Assembly: GCA_036676985.1 (NCBI GenBank)
Contig: JAKFBU010000039.1
Coordinates: 96,001-160,000, forward strand
DNA: 64,000 nucleotides
Direction: 5' to 3'
Source of the DNA: Candidatus Sericytochromatia bacterium
GTDB taxonomy: Bacteria > Cyanobacteriota > Sericytochromatia > S15B-MN24 > UBA4093
Shown: positions 1 to 9,422 of the stretch, piece after piece
How positions within the stretch are numbered: the stretch's first letter is position 1
Layout of the letters: each line of letters begins with the position of its first letter
The notes under the pieces: model-generated
Database searches by the model: none
The model's input: the letters and a program-made list of their open reading frames with translations, nothing else
Told to the model about the DNA's origin: nothing
Program-made: the position numbers and the translations under genes

Positions 1-2
1 TG

Positions 3-884
3 CAGCCCGCGCGCATCCCGACCCGCCCGTTCGCGCCCCTCAAGGGCCAGGGGGCGCCCGTCATGGTGCTCCTGGCGCTCGCGGGAGCCTTCGCCGTGGG
101 GATGGGCCGTGAGCTCTTCGATCGCCAACCCGAGGCCACCGCCATCGTGCCCGCGCTCCCCGATCTCACGCTGTTCACGACCCTGCCGACCCTGTCGGCG
201 GCCGAGCGGCGAGAGGGAGAGCTGGTGGCACGCACCGGGAGCAACGTCCCCTACGTCGAGGCCTTGCGGCACCTGGGACTGGCGCTCGAGGACCAGCTGG
301 ACGCTCAGACGGGCCGGGTCCTGTCCGTCACGAGCATCGGCGTCGGCGAGGGCAAGAGCGTGACGCTCGCGAACCTCGCCCTGTGCCTCGCCCATGCGGG
401 CCACCGGGTCCTGCTCGTCGATGCCGACCACCGCTGGCCGAGGGTGCATGAGCTCTTTGGAGAGCCCAGCGCCGCGGGCGGCCTCTCGGACATCCTCGCC
501 GACGGACAGGATCCGGCGAGCGTGGTCCGGCGGGTCGGCGAGATCGACATCGTCAAGGCCGGCGGCGCTCGGCTCACCTCCCACACCTTGCGCCTGCAAG
601 CAGAGCTGAAGCCCACCCTCGATCTGTGGCGCCAGTCCTACGATTACATCCTCCTGGATCTGCCGCCCCTGCTCATGTTCTCGGAGGTGGCCTACTTCGG
701 GCGGATGTCGGACGGCATGCTCCTGGTCGCGAACCTCCCGCGGCTCGCCCCCGAGGCGCTCGGGACCGGCGTGGCCCAGCTGCAGTCGGCCCGGGTCCCG
801 GTGCTCGGCGTGGTGGCGCTCGGCATGCCGGGGCTGCAAGGAGCGGCTCCGGCGAGCTTCGCCGCCGTCGGAGGTCGGGCATGA
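3..884 (+). CDS. Wzc/CpsD-CapB-like polysaccharide co-polymerase/BY-kinase, C-terminal part (5' end outside the window)
   Basis: Frame open from the window edge; TM helix, then Walker A SIGVGEGKS, VLLVDAD and YDYILLDLPP motifs; stop overlaps next start (ATGA). Confidence 0.85.
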   Translation, partial: QPARIPTRPFAPLKGQGAPVMVLLALAGAFAVGMGRELFDRQPEATAIVPALPDLTLFTTLPTLSAAERREGELVARTGSNVPYVEALRHLGLALEDQLDAQTGRVLSVTSIGVGEGKSVTLANLALCLAHAGHRVLLVDADHRWPRVHELFGEPSAAGGLSDILADGQDPASVVRRVGEIDIVKAGGARLTSHTLRLQAELKPTLDLWRQSYDYILLDLPPLLMFSEVAYFGRMSDGMLLVANLPRLAPEALGTGVAQLQSARVPVLGVVALGMPGLQGAAPASFAAVGGRA

Positions 885-2044
885 GGGCCGCCTGGGCTTC
901 TGTCCCCGCGTGGTTCCTGCCCTGGGGGCTCTTCATGGCCCTCATCCCCTTCTCGGGCGGGATCATCGAGGGGATGGGGCTGTCCCTGCCCTACAACGCC
1001 CTGGGGGTCGGAGCGGGCCTGCTGCTGTTCCTCGGCGCGGGCCGCCATGCGCCCGTCAACGGCCGCATGTGGAGCGTCACCCTCCTGGTCGCGGTCCTGG
1101 CCGGGACGTACTTCGCGTCCCTGGATCCGCTCGCGAGCAAGCAGACGCTCGTGCCCATCGGGATCATGTGGCTCATCTACCTGCTGGCCACCAGCGCCCG
1201 CTTGCCCGATCGCCTGATCGAGCTGGGCCTGCGCGCCTGGCTCTGGGGGGGGACGGCTGCGGCCACCATCGCCCTCTCCGGCTTCATGCGCGGCATGGGC
1301 GACATGGATGGGCGCGCCACCTTGATCCTGGGGGGCGCCGAGATGGACCCCAACTTCTTCGTCGCGAGCCTGATCGTCCCCTTCGCCCTGTGCGTGCACT
1401 TCAGTCGGCGCCCCGAACGGCGGCTCGAGGGGCTCGCGGCAGGCCTCATCCTCATGCTCGCGGCCGTCCTCACCCAGTCGCGCGGGGGCCTCATGAGCCT
1501 GCTGCTCGCGACCGTGCTCGTGCTCCTCTGGGAGCGCCGCTGGCGCACGCTGCTCGTCACCGTCACGATCGCCCTCGCGGCCGGAGTGACCGTGGTGAGC
1601 ACGCTGGAGCGCTTCAACCTCAACTCGGATCCCACCGGGGCCGGCCGCACGGAGATCTGGCAGGTGGCCGTCCAGGCGGGCATCGAGCACTGGCCCACGG
1701 GCGTAGGCTTCAGCGCCCTGCCGAGGGTCACGGCCCCGGCCCCCGGGCTGTACTGGTCGCGAGATGCACACAACGTCTACGTCCAGGCCTTCTCCGAGGC
1801 GGGCTTGCCCGGCTTGCTGGCGCTCGGGGCCGTCTTTGTCGCGCACATCGGTGGCCGACGCCGCAAGGACCTGCTCATCGTCACCCAGGCCCCGCTTTTG
1901 GGGTTGCTCGTCGCCGGCTGCTTCCTGCACCTGTTGACCTACAAGCTGCTCTGGGCCGCCTGGCTCATGGCCGCCCAGGCGGCCGTCGCCGACCCCGAGC
2001 CCACCGTCGTCGCCCCCATGTCGCCCAGGAGGATCACGCCATGA
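881..2044 (+). CDS. O-antigen ligase/Wzy-like polymerase
   Basis: Many TM segments; DPNF, LTQSRGG, GRTEIW and AHNVY motifs of the Wzy_C family; ATG 881 overlaps the upstream stop. Confidence 0.85.
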   Translation: MRAAWASVPAWFLPWGLFMALIPFSGGIIEGMGLSLPYNALGVGAGLLLFLGAGRHAPVNGRMWSVTLLVAVLAGTYFASLDPLASKQTLVPIGIMWLIYLLATSARLPDRLIELGLRAWLWGGTAAATIALSGFMRGMGDMDGRATLILGGAEMDPNFFVASLIVPFALCVHFSRRPERRLEGLAAGLILMLAAVLTQSRGGLMSLLLATVLVLLWERRWRTLLVTVTIALAAGVTVVSTLERFNLNSDPTGAGRTEIWQVAVQAGIEHWPTGVGFSALPRVTAPAPGLYWSRDAHNVYVQAFSEAGLPGLLALGAVFVAHIGGRRRKDLLIVTQAPLLGLLVAGCFLHLLTYKLLWAAWLMAAQAAVADPEPTVVAPMSPRRITP

Positions 2045-2664
2045 GACGCTGGATCGTCGCCTTCGCCCTCGCCTTCCTCATGGGCCTGCCGGCCCAGGCC
2101 GAGCCCGAGGCCTATCGCCTGCGGGACGGGGATAGCCTCACCGTGACCGTGCTCGGACATGCCGAGCTGTCGGTCCAGGCCCAGGCGATCCGCCCCGACG
2201 GGCGGCTCTCCTTGCCCCTGGTGCCGGAGCTCAGCGCTTCCGGCCTGACGGTGCAGGAGCTGAGCGCCGCCCTGTCCAAGGCCTATCGCCCCTTCTTGAC
2301 CAGTCCCCAGGTGCTCGTGAGCATCGCCAAGCTCCGCCCCTTGCGGGTGACGGTGCTCGGGCAGGTACAGCGGCCGGGGACCTACGACTTCGACGAGACG
2401 CCGACCTTGCTGGACGCGATCGCCCGGGCCGAGGGGCTGACGGATCGCGCGGATCGCCAGGCCATCCACGTGATGGCGCCCGGCATGGAGGCCCGCCGTT
2501 TCGAGCTCGACCGGCTCTTGGCGGGCAAGGAGCAGCTGCCGCGGGTGGGCGAGGGCAGCGTGATCGAGGTGCGGGAGACCTGGGGCCCGGACTGGTACCG
2601 GATCATCCCGGTGCTGTCGACGGCCGTGACGGCGGCGGCGCTGGTGTTGCAGGTGATGCGTTAG
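2041..2664 (+). CDS. Polysaccharide export protein (Wza-like, Poly_export + SLBB)
   Basis: Signal peptide; YRLRDGDSLTVTV, IRPDGRLSLPLV, VLGQVQRPGTY, TLLDAIARAEG. Confidence 0.85.
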   Translation: MRRWIVAFALAFLMGLPAQAEPEAYRLRDGDSLTVTVLGHAELSVQAQAIRPDGRLSLPLVPELSASGLTVQELSAALSKAYRPFLTSPQVLVSIAKLRPLRVTVLGQVQRPGTYDFDETPTLLDAIARAEGLTDRADRQAIHVMAPGMEARRFELDRLLAGKEQLPRVGEGSVIEVRETWGPDWYRIIPVLSTAVTAAALVLQVMR

Positions 2665-2686
2665 CCGCTGGTCCGCCGACTCGTTC

Positions 2687-2796
2687 TCCCCCCTTCCCCC
2701 CCTGCTAGGGGGGGCCTTGTGCTGTGAGATCCCCGATCAGCTTCTCCGGGGAAGCCGGCAAAAAACTGCCCCCCCTAGCAGGGGGGGAAGGGGGGA
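2687..2796. repeat. Perfect 29-bp inverted repeat pair with 52-bp spacer (REP/MITE-like) between convergent genes
   Basis: 2687-2715 (T C6 TT C7 TGCTA G7 C) is the exact reverse complement of 2768-2796. Confidence 0.8.
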
Positions 2797-2811
2797 AGAG
2801 GAGTTGCCGCC

Positions 2812-3849
2812 TTAGAAGTTCGACTCCAGCCGCGACCTCGGCTGGTGCTCCCCTCGTTCCTGCAGGGCCCGGAACTCGTGCGCCTCCACGTAGACCTCGT
2901 TGACGTAGCGCATGGCCACGCCGGGGCGGATGGTCATGGGAGCCAGGTCCTCGCCCATGAGGAAGGAGCGCAGCGTCGCCTCCACCTCGTTGAAGCCGAA
3001 GTGCGCCCGGATCGAGACCGAGCTCGAGAAGCGGGCGTTGATCTCGAAGGCCGTGGGACGCCCCTCCCGGTTGCGCCGCAGCTGGACGTTGCACGCCCCG
3101 CGGATGCCGAGGGCCGTGACGATCCGGGCGACCTCGGCCTCCACGTCCGGGACCGGGCCCGCGACCGCGTTGGCGGTGCTGCCGTTGGAGAGCGATCGCC
3201 GGAGCGTCGCCACCCCCTTGAGCTCACCGTTGGCGTCGACGAAGGCCCCGCACGTGTACTCTTCGTCCGGCGTGCCCAAGTACTCCTGGATCACCGAGTT
3301 GGGCACCTTCTCGAGGAAGTACGCGAGCTCCGGAGCGCTCGAGACGACGTAAACGTCCCGCGAGGAGGCCCCCCGCCGCGGCTTGACGACGAGCGGAAAG
3401 CCCACCTCCGCGAGGAAGGCCTCCACGGCCTCCCACGCCACGGGCAGCGTGCTCCGGGCATAGGAGCAGCCGTGATCTCGCAGCCAGCAGGCCGTGCAGT
3501 ACTTGTCCTGGGTGATGGCGAGGACGTCCGGCGAGGTGACCATCACCTTGCAGCCGGTCGCCGCCTCGATGGCCTCGCGTCGCTCGGCCAGGGCGACGAG
3601 CTCCGGCTCGACGCCCGGCAGCCATGCATCGATGCGGTGGCGGCGCAAGAGGTCGATGAGCTGGGTCTCGTAGTCCGGGTGGCTGAAGGGCAAGACCAGG
3701 AAGGCCTGATCGACCCTGTAGAGTCCGGGGCTGTACGGGTTGATGTCCATGCCGAACGTCGTGGCCTCGAGGCCCGAGGCGTTGAGCGCCTTGAGGATCG
3801 ACTGAGCGGCCGTCCCGTTGAGGCCGCTGACCAGAACGTTATGAGGCAT
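2812..3849 (-). CDS. ATP-grasp ligase (carbamoyl-phosphate synthase-like family)
   Basis: FPLVVKPRRGASS, IQEYL, EYT and FEINARF ATP-grasp motifs. Confidence 0.85.
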   Translation of the reverse strand: MPHNVLVSGLNGTAAQSILKALNASGLEATTFGMDINPYSPGLYRVDQAFLVLPFSHPDYETQLIDLLRRHRIDAWLPGVEPELVALAERREAIEAATGCKVMVTSPDVLAITQDKYCTACWLRDHGCSYARSTLPVAWEAVEAFLAEVGFPLVVKPRRGASSRDVYVVSSAPELAYFLEKVPNSVIQEYLGTPDEEYTCGAFVDANGELKGVATLRRSLSNGSTANAVAGPVPDVEAEVARIVTALGIRGACNVQLRRNREGRPTAFEINARFSSSVSIRAHFGFNEVEATLRSFLMGEDLAPMTIRPGVAMRYVNEVYVEAHEFRALQERGEHQPRSRLESNF

Positions 3850-4594
3850 GGGCACGTCCTTCCAGGAGGCGCCCGATGCGTCCGACTTCCTCCGTGCGGT
3901 GGGCGTTCGAGCCGAGCGTGACCCATGCCCCCTCCCGGGCGCACACGTCGATCAGGCGCTCGAACTCCGCGGGGGGGACGTACTCGCCGTTGAGCTCGAT
4001 GGCCTTGCCGCAGCGCGCCGCCTTCCAGACGAGGAGGCGCAGGCCCTCTTCGGGGAAACTGCCGAATTGCTTGCGGGTGTAGGCCCCCGGGTGCGCGAGC
4101 ACGTCGAGGTCCGGGTGCTCCAGGAGCTCCCAGAGCGCCTGGAACTCGATCTCGGCGGCCTGGACCGCCGTCAGCTCGGAGGCCGGCACGAAGCCGCCCC
4201 GCCCGTCCGGGTAGTTGTGGCAGGCCCCGAGCACGAGCTCTGCCCGGGCGATCGTCGCCGCATCCGCGTCGAGGCCCCCCGACAGGTCGTAGGCCTTGGC
4301 CTCGAGGCCGATGAGGACGCGCAAGGACGGATAGGCCGCCGCCGCCCGCCGGATCTCGGCGTAGAAGCCGTCGTACCAGTCGATGCCGCGCCGGACGTGC
4401 TCGGTGAAGGCGACCAGCGTCAGGCCCGCCTGGCTGGCGGCCAAGAGCATCTCCTGGACCGTCGCGCGGCCGTCGGTATAGGACGTGTGCAGGTGCAGAT
4501 CGGTGACCAGCGCCTCGCGCATGAGCTCGGTGGCCGGAAAGACCGCCTCTCGCGCCAAGCGAAGCAGCCGCGGAGTCGACAGGGTGCGAAGCAT
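3839..4594 (-). CDS. PHP-domain metallophosphoesterase
   Basis: DLHLHTSYTDG, FTEH, LAHP and GSNAH motifs. Confidence 0.85.
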   Translation of the reverse strand: MLRTLSTPRLLRLAREAVFPATELMREALVTDLHLHTSYTDGRATVQEMLLAASQAGLTLVAFTEHVRRGIDWYDGFYAEIRRAAAAYPSLRVLIGLEAKAYDLSGGLDADAATIARAELVLGACHNYPDGRGGFVPASELTAVQAAEIEFQALWELLEHPDLDVLAHPGAYTRKQFGSFPEEGLRLLVWKAARCGKAIELNGEYVPPAEFERLIDVCAREGAWVTLGSNAHRTEEVGRIGRLLEGRAHAS

Positions 4595-4830
4595 GGCGAT
4601 GTGCCCTTTCTAGGTCGTCGGCAGGAAGGACGGGCGATCGCACCACCCTTGCATGGTTGTATCAACTCGCCCGGCGCGACGATTGTGCAACCTCCACCAT
4701 GTTTCTCAACCTCCTCTCGGTTGATCGCTTTTGGGCCGGATCGTTAGGGTGAGGAGACACCTCCCCCTGTCTCCCGACCTGCCACCCATTACAGCCCGTG
4801 ACGCCGCCCTTTGAGAACGGAGAACGCGCC

Positions 4831-5472
4831 ATGAGAATCATCGCCATTGGGGCCCACCTGGACGACATCGAGCTCGCCTGCGGAGGGACGCTCGCCAAGG
4901 CCGTGAAGAACGGCCACGACGTGCGCATGCTGGTCCTCAGCGAGTCGGACTACACCAACTTCAAGGGGGACGTCCTCCGGACCAAGGGCCAGGCCCTCGA
5001 CGAAGGGAAGCGTGCCGCCCAGGTGCTCGGCGTCGATGACCTGGTGATCCTCGACAACCCCACAAAGGACATCCCCTACCACTCGACGGTCGTCGAGCAG
5101 ATCGAGGCCGAGATCACCGACTTCAAGCCCGATCTCATCTTCACGCACTGGGCCTTCGACACCCACCAGGCCCACCAAGGGACGGCCCTCTCCACCATCT
5201 CGGCCGCCCGTCGCCATTCCTCGATCCTCATGTACGAGCCCATCTCGCCCTCGGGACGCTCCTACGTCGGCTACCGGCCGCAGCTCTACATCGACATCAG
5301 CTGCAGCATCGACAAGAAGCTCAACTCCCTCAAGGCGCACCAGAGCCAGTACGAAAAGTACGGCGACTGCTGGATCGAGGCCATCGAGGCGCGAGCGCGC
5401 CACCGGGGCTTCGAAGGCGGCTACCGGTACGCCGAAAGCTTCGAAATCCTGCGCATGGGCCTGGCCCTCTAG
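4831..5472 (+). CDS. PIG-L/LmbE-family N-acetyl-sugar deacetylase
   Basis: IGAHLDDIELACGG, DTHQAH and AHQSQ; RBS GGAGA before ATG 4831. Confidence 0.9.
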   Translation: MRIIAIGAHLDDIELACGGTLAKAVKNGHDVRMLVLSESDYTNFKGDVLRTKGQALDEGKRAAQVLGVDDLVILDNPTKDIPYHSTVVEQIEAEITDFKPDLIFTHWAFDTHQAHQGTALSTISAARRHSSILMYEPISPSGRSYVGYRPQLYIDISCSIDKKLNSLKAHQSQYEKYGDCWIEAIEARARHRGFEGGYRYAESFEILRMGLAL

Positions 5473-5489
5473 TCGTCGGAGGGTACGCC

Positions 5490-6848
5490 ATGTCGACAGG
5501 CTCCCGGAATCTTGCCTCGGAGCCCCTGTCCAGCGCCCAGGGGGTTCTCCAGACCGCTCTCTACCAGGCGCAGCGCCGCTTGCGTTGGTGCCTCATGCAG
5601 CTGCGCGAAGCGGATCGTCGCGGGCTCCTGGCCCTCAGCGACGGCCTCCTCCTGTTTGTCGCGTGCTTTGGCGCCATGGCCTTTGCGGGCCTTCGTGACG
5701 CCGCCCTCCCGGCGGTCTTCTCGGCCGTCGGCATGGCGGCCCTCTACGCCTCGGATCAATACAACCTCCAAGCGCCCGAAGAGCGAGCCATCGGAAAGGC
5801 GATCGCCTTCGGAGCGCTCTGCACGCTCCTGGCGGCGTGGTCCGGGCACGATCCGCTCAAGCTCGCAGCGACGCTCGGCCTGGCGATCTGCCTGTCGCTC
5901 CTGATCGTGCTGTGGAGCCGGGCCCTGTGGATCCGGCTCCTCAGCCACCCCAGTTGCTCGCGCAAGACGATCCTGCTGTGCGATCGCCCCGAGTCCGAGG
6001 CGGCCCTCGCGGAGCTCGAGCAGCATCCGAGTGCCGGGTGGACCCCCATCGGCATCGGCGGCTCCTTGAGCCGGGCACATTCGGCGGACACCGTGCTAGC
6101 CGGGCCCTCGGCCATCCAGGAGCCCGAGTGGCTCTCGGCCATGCCGTCGGGCATCGAGACCCTGGATCTGCCTCGGCTCTTCGAGCGTCTCAGCAGGCGC
6201 GTCCCGGTCCGCTTTGTCGACGACCGCTGGTTCGTGGAGCAGTTCCCGTGGACCCGCGGCCTCGGCTACCACATCACCAAGCGGATGCTGGACATCGGCC
6301 TCAGCCTGCTCGGACTCTTGCTGGCAGCTCCCCTATTTCCCCTCATCGCCATCGCCAACCGGCTGGGCGACGGCGGCCCCCTCTTCTACTCCCAGCAGCG
6401 GGTGGGCCTCAACGACCAGACGTTCCGACTCTACAAGTTCCGGACCATGCGCACGGACGCCGAGAAGGAGGGGGCCATCTGGGCGAGCCAGGACGACGCT
6501 CGGGTCACGCGCCTGGGGCGCTTCTTGCGCCGGACCCGCCTGGACGAGATTCCCCAGCTCTGGAACGTGCTGGTGGGCCACATGAGCCTGGTGGGTCCGC
6601 GTCCCGAGCGACCCGAGTTCGTCGCCGAGCTCGAGCGCCAGATCCCGCACTACCCGCGCCGGCACTACGTCCTTCCGGGCGTCACCGGCTGGGCGCAGGT
6701 CCGGTTCCAGTACGGCTCGTCGGTGGACGACGCCGAGGAGAAGCTCAAGTACGACCTGTACTACCTCAAGCACCGCTCCCTGGTTTTCGACCTGCTCATC
6801 CTCGCCCGGACCGTCTCGGTCGTCCTGAACAAGACCGGCTCCCGCTAG
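5490..6848 (+). CDS. Priming polyprenyl-phosphate glycosylphosphotransferase (Bac_transf)
   Basis: N-terminal TMs; KRMLDI, YKFRTM, RLDEIPQLWNVL, MSLVGPRPE, PGVTGWAQ. Confidence 0.92.
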   Translation: MSTGSRNLASEPLSSAQGVLQTALYQAQRRLRWCLMQLREADRRGLLALSDGLLLFVACFGAMAFAGLRDAALPAVFSAVGMAALYASDQYNLQAPEERAIGKAIAFGALCTLLAAWSGHDPLKLAATLGLAICLSLLIVLWSRALWIRLLSHPSCSRKTILLCDRPESEAALAELEQHPSAGWTPIGIGGSLSRAHSADTVLAGPSAIQEPEWLSAMPSGIETLDLPRLFERLSRRVPVRFVDDRWFVEQFPWTRGLGYHITKRMLDIGLSLLGLLLAAPLFPLIAIANRLGDGGPLFYSQQRVGLNDQTFRLYKFRTMRTDAEKEGAIWASQDDARVTRLGRFLRRTRLDEIPQLWNVLVGHMSLVGPRPERPEFVAELERQIPHYPRRHYVLPGVTGWAQVRFQYGSSVDDAEEKLKYDLYYLKHRSLVFDLLILARTVSVVLNKTGSR

Positions 6849-6873
6849 CGCTGCGCAAGAAAGTAGGTGCCCC

Positions 6874-7629
6874 ATGATCGTGACCATCCACCAGCCCGAG
6901 CACCTGCCCTGGCTCGGGTACTTCCACAAGATGGCCCTGGCCGATCGCTACGTGGTCCTGGATGCCACCCAGTACCGGCACCAGTACTTCCAGAATCGCA
7001 ACCGCATCATCGGCAACTCCGAGCCCCTGTGGCTCACCGTCCCCATCCAGAAGCTCCGGACCCGCTACGGGCTCATCACCGAGCAGCTCATCGACCACTC
7101 CCACGCCTGGATCGACACCTACTGGAAGTCCATCGAGTACCAGTACCACCGCCATCCGTACTTCGACACCTACGGCCCGGAGCTCCGGGCCATCCTGAAG
7201 GCGGCCCCGGAGCACCTGGCCTCCCTCAACTACGCCCTCATCGACTTCTTCCGGCGCGCGCTCGCCATCGACACGCCGCTCGTGCTCGCCTCGAGCCTCG
7301 GGGTGCAGGGCCAAAAGACCGAGCTGATCCACGACCTCTGCCTCAAGACCGGGGCGACCGTTTACCTCTCGGGGCCGTCGGGCCGTGACTACCTGGACGA
7401 GACGCCTTTCCGACACTCGGGGATCGAGGTCTGGTACCACGACTTCCAGCACCCCCTCTACCCGCAGCGCAAGAAGAAAGCGTTCTTCTCGCACCTGTCG
7501 GCCCTGGACATGCTCATGAACTGCGGGCCGGACAGCCGCTACCTCCTGGGGCTGGACGACCTGGAGAGCGAGCGGGCGCGCTACCGGCAAGCCGGCGCCC
7601 GGCTCGCCCCGAGCCCGGTCGATTGCTAA
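6874..7629 (+). CDS. WbqC-family protein
   Basis: IHQPEHLPWLGYFHK, QNRNRI, YLSGPSGRDY and LSALDMLMNCG motifs. Confidence 0.9.
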   Translation: MIVTIHQPEHLPWLGYFHKMALADRYVVLDATQYRHQYFQNRNRIIGNSEPLWLTVPIQKLRTRYGLITEQLIDHSHAWIDTYWKSIEYQYHRHPYFDTYGPELRAILKAAPEHLASLNYALIDFFRRALAIDTPLVLASSLGVQGQKTELIHDLCLKTGATVYLSGPSGRDYLDETPFRHSGIEVWYHDFQHPLYPQRKKKAFFSHLSALDMLMNCGPDSRYLLGLDDLESERARYRQAGARLAPSPVDC

Positions 7630-7885
7630 CTTCTTTGGATAGAACGCCCAACCTCCAACCGGGCAAGCTGGCCTAAGATGATTGTGCTCCAAAGGAATCC
7701 GTCTCCTTTGGAGCACGCCAGCTACCTTGGCCCGTCGACCACCCTCCTCCGCCTTCGCCGGGGAGGCCTGGCACCGGCCCGAAGACCTTCCGCCAAACCG
7801 ACTTCCCCCTCCCTCGCCCAAGCACGGCTTGTTCGAGTTGCTGCCGCTTGCGCGCGGGGCTTGCCCCCTAGAAACGGAGGTTGCC

Positions 7886-8230
7886 ATGAACTCCCTCGAC
7901 ACGCTCACGCACACGCTGCCCGCCGCCTACGACAACACCTCGATCGCTTGCCGGCTGCTCGACCTCCTGCCGCTGTGCCTCGAGGCCGACGAGTGCTTCG
8001 AGCTGATGCTCTTGAGCAAGCTCTTCTTCACCCGAACGGGTGTCACCCGCGAGCAGTTCATGCAGGCCACCGAGCAGCGCCAGCGCACGGGGCTGAGCAT
8101 CGAGCACCTCCTGGTGCGCAACGGCCACTGCGAGATGAAGGACGCCCTGGCGGTCGTCGCCGAGCGCCGCCGGATCTTGCGCCTCATCCAGCAGGAGGCC
8201 GCCCCCTGGGATTTCGCGCCCCAGCCGTAG
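7886..8230 (+). CDS. Small hypothetical protein with a degenerate MshEN-like repeat
   Basis: GGAGG RBS before ATG 7886; LLSKLFFTRTGVTREQF...SIEHLLVRNG resembles MshEN spacing but lacks RLG. Confidence 0.6.
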   Translation: MNSLDTLTHTLPAAYDNTSIACRLLDLLPLCLEADECFELMLLSKLFFTRTGVTREQFMQATEQRQRTGLSIEHLLVRNGHCEMKDALAVVAERRRILRLIQQEAAPWDFAPQP

Positions 8231-8302
8231 CCAGCGACGATCCCCTCGCCGTCGCGGCCAGCATCCGGACGGCCAATCGCTCCAGGAGCGGAAGGAGGGC
8301 CC

Positions 8303-8512
8303 ATGATTCCGACGGCGAACTGGTACTGCGTCAAGTGTTCACGCTTTGTCGACAACCGCTCGGCCATCTGCGACGTCTGCGGGCGGACCCGCGGCAGCGC
8401 CCGTTCCCGATCGGCTCAGGAAGAGCCCAGCCTCTACTGGATCCGCGTGACGCCGGGCAGTAAGTCCGAGCGCGCGAAGGCCCCCGACCGCCGGTCGATG
8501 CCGCCCCGCTGA
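8303..8512 (+). CDS. Small zinc-ribbon protein (W-x-C-x2-C-x10-C-x2-C)
   Basis: RBS AGGAGG; WYCVKC...CDVC. Confidence 0.65.
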   Translation: MIPTANWYCVKCSRFVDNRSAICDVCGRTRGSARSRSAQEEPSLYWIRVTPGSKSERAKAPDRRSMPPR

Positions 8513-8587
8513 CCCCTCGTCGCTCCGGGGGCCGAACGGCCTCCGTGCAGGCCTTGCAGCCGATCCACGACAGGAGGTAGCCATCCG

Positions 8588-9367
8588 ATGACCAAGCGCA
8601 TCCTGTTCCTGTTGGCCTTGTGCTCTCTTGCCGGGTGCCAATCGACCCTGGCGCCCACCGCACCATCAGCCGTCCAGTCGGACCCTTACCAAACCCAGCA
8701 CCAGCCATCCATCGGCCACCTCAAGCAGGCCCTCGATCGACACAAAGGAAAGTGGTACGACAAGCACGGCTTCGTGCTGGTGCCCGCCCTCGAGATCGCC
8801 CGCTTTCAACTGAGCGTCCGGCCCGATGCCCCTCCGGAGGCCTGGGACGCCGCGACCCTGACGCTGATTAGCCCAGATCCCCTGGTGCCGCCCGTTTCTA
8901 GGACGCTCTACCAGGGGTCCGATCTCCTGGCGCTCGATGGCTCCTTCCAGGCGGCTGACTCGAGCCTCCCGGAGCTCATGCCGGGCGACTACACCGTCAC
9001 CCTCAGCCTCTGGCGGGACGGCCCCGCCGGGACCCTGGTCGGCGAGGACCAACAGGACGTGACGCTGGTAAACGGCTCCAACACCCTCGAGCTCAAGCCC
9101 TCCACCCTTGCGACCCTCGGCCTCAAGGACTTCGCGCCCACCTCGGCCGCGCCCGGTGCGACCGTGAGCCTCGTCGGGCAGGGCTTCAGCGTCCTGCCGG
9201 CTCAGAACCTCGTCACCATCGGCGGATCGGCCGTCCCGGTCGTGAGCGCGTCGAGCACGCAGCTGGACGTCGTCGCGCCGAACCTCCCGCCCGGCAGCTA
9301 CGCCGTCTGGGTCCAGGTCGGAGGCGGCATGGTCGGAAGGCTCGGCTTCACGATAACGGCCCCCTGA
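8588..9367 (+). CDS. Lipoprotein with C-terminal IPT/TIG domain
   Basis: Lipobox LAGC; FAPTSAAPGATVSLVGQGF...NLVTIGG...SSTQL IPT pattern. Confidence 0.8.
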   Translation: MTKRILFLLALCSLAGCQSTLAPTAPSAVQSDPYQTQHQPSIGHLKQALDRHKGKWYDKHGFVLVPALEIARFQLSVRPDAPPEAWDAATLTLISPDPLVPPVSRTLYQGSDLLALDGSFQAADSSLPELMPGDYTVTLSLWRDGPAGTLVGEDQQDVTLVNGSNTLELKPSTLATLGLKDFAPTSAAPGATVSLVGQGFSVLPAQNLVTIGGSAVPVVSASSTQLDVVAPNLPPGSYAVWVQVGGGMVGRLGFTITAP

Positions 9368-9374
9368 CGCCCCG

Positions 9375-9416
9375 AACGACGTCGCCCCCGCCGGCATCGG
9401 CGGGGGCGACGTCGTT
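9375..9416. terminator. Hairpin between convergent genes, probably a bidirectional terminator
   Basis: Perfect 19-bp stem with GCAT loop. Confidence 0.75.
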
Positions 9417-9422
9417 TGGGGA

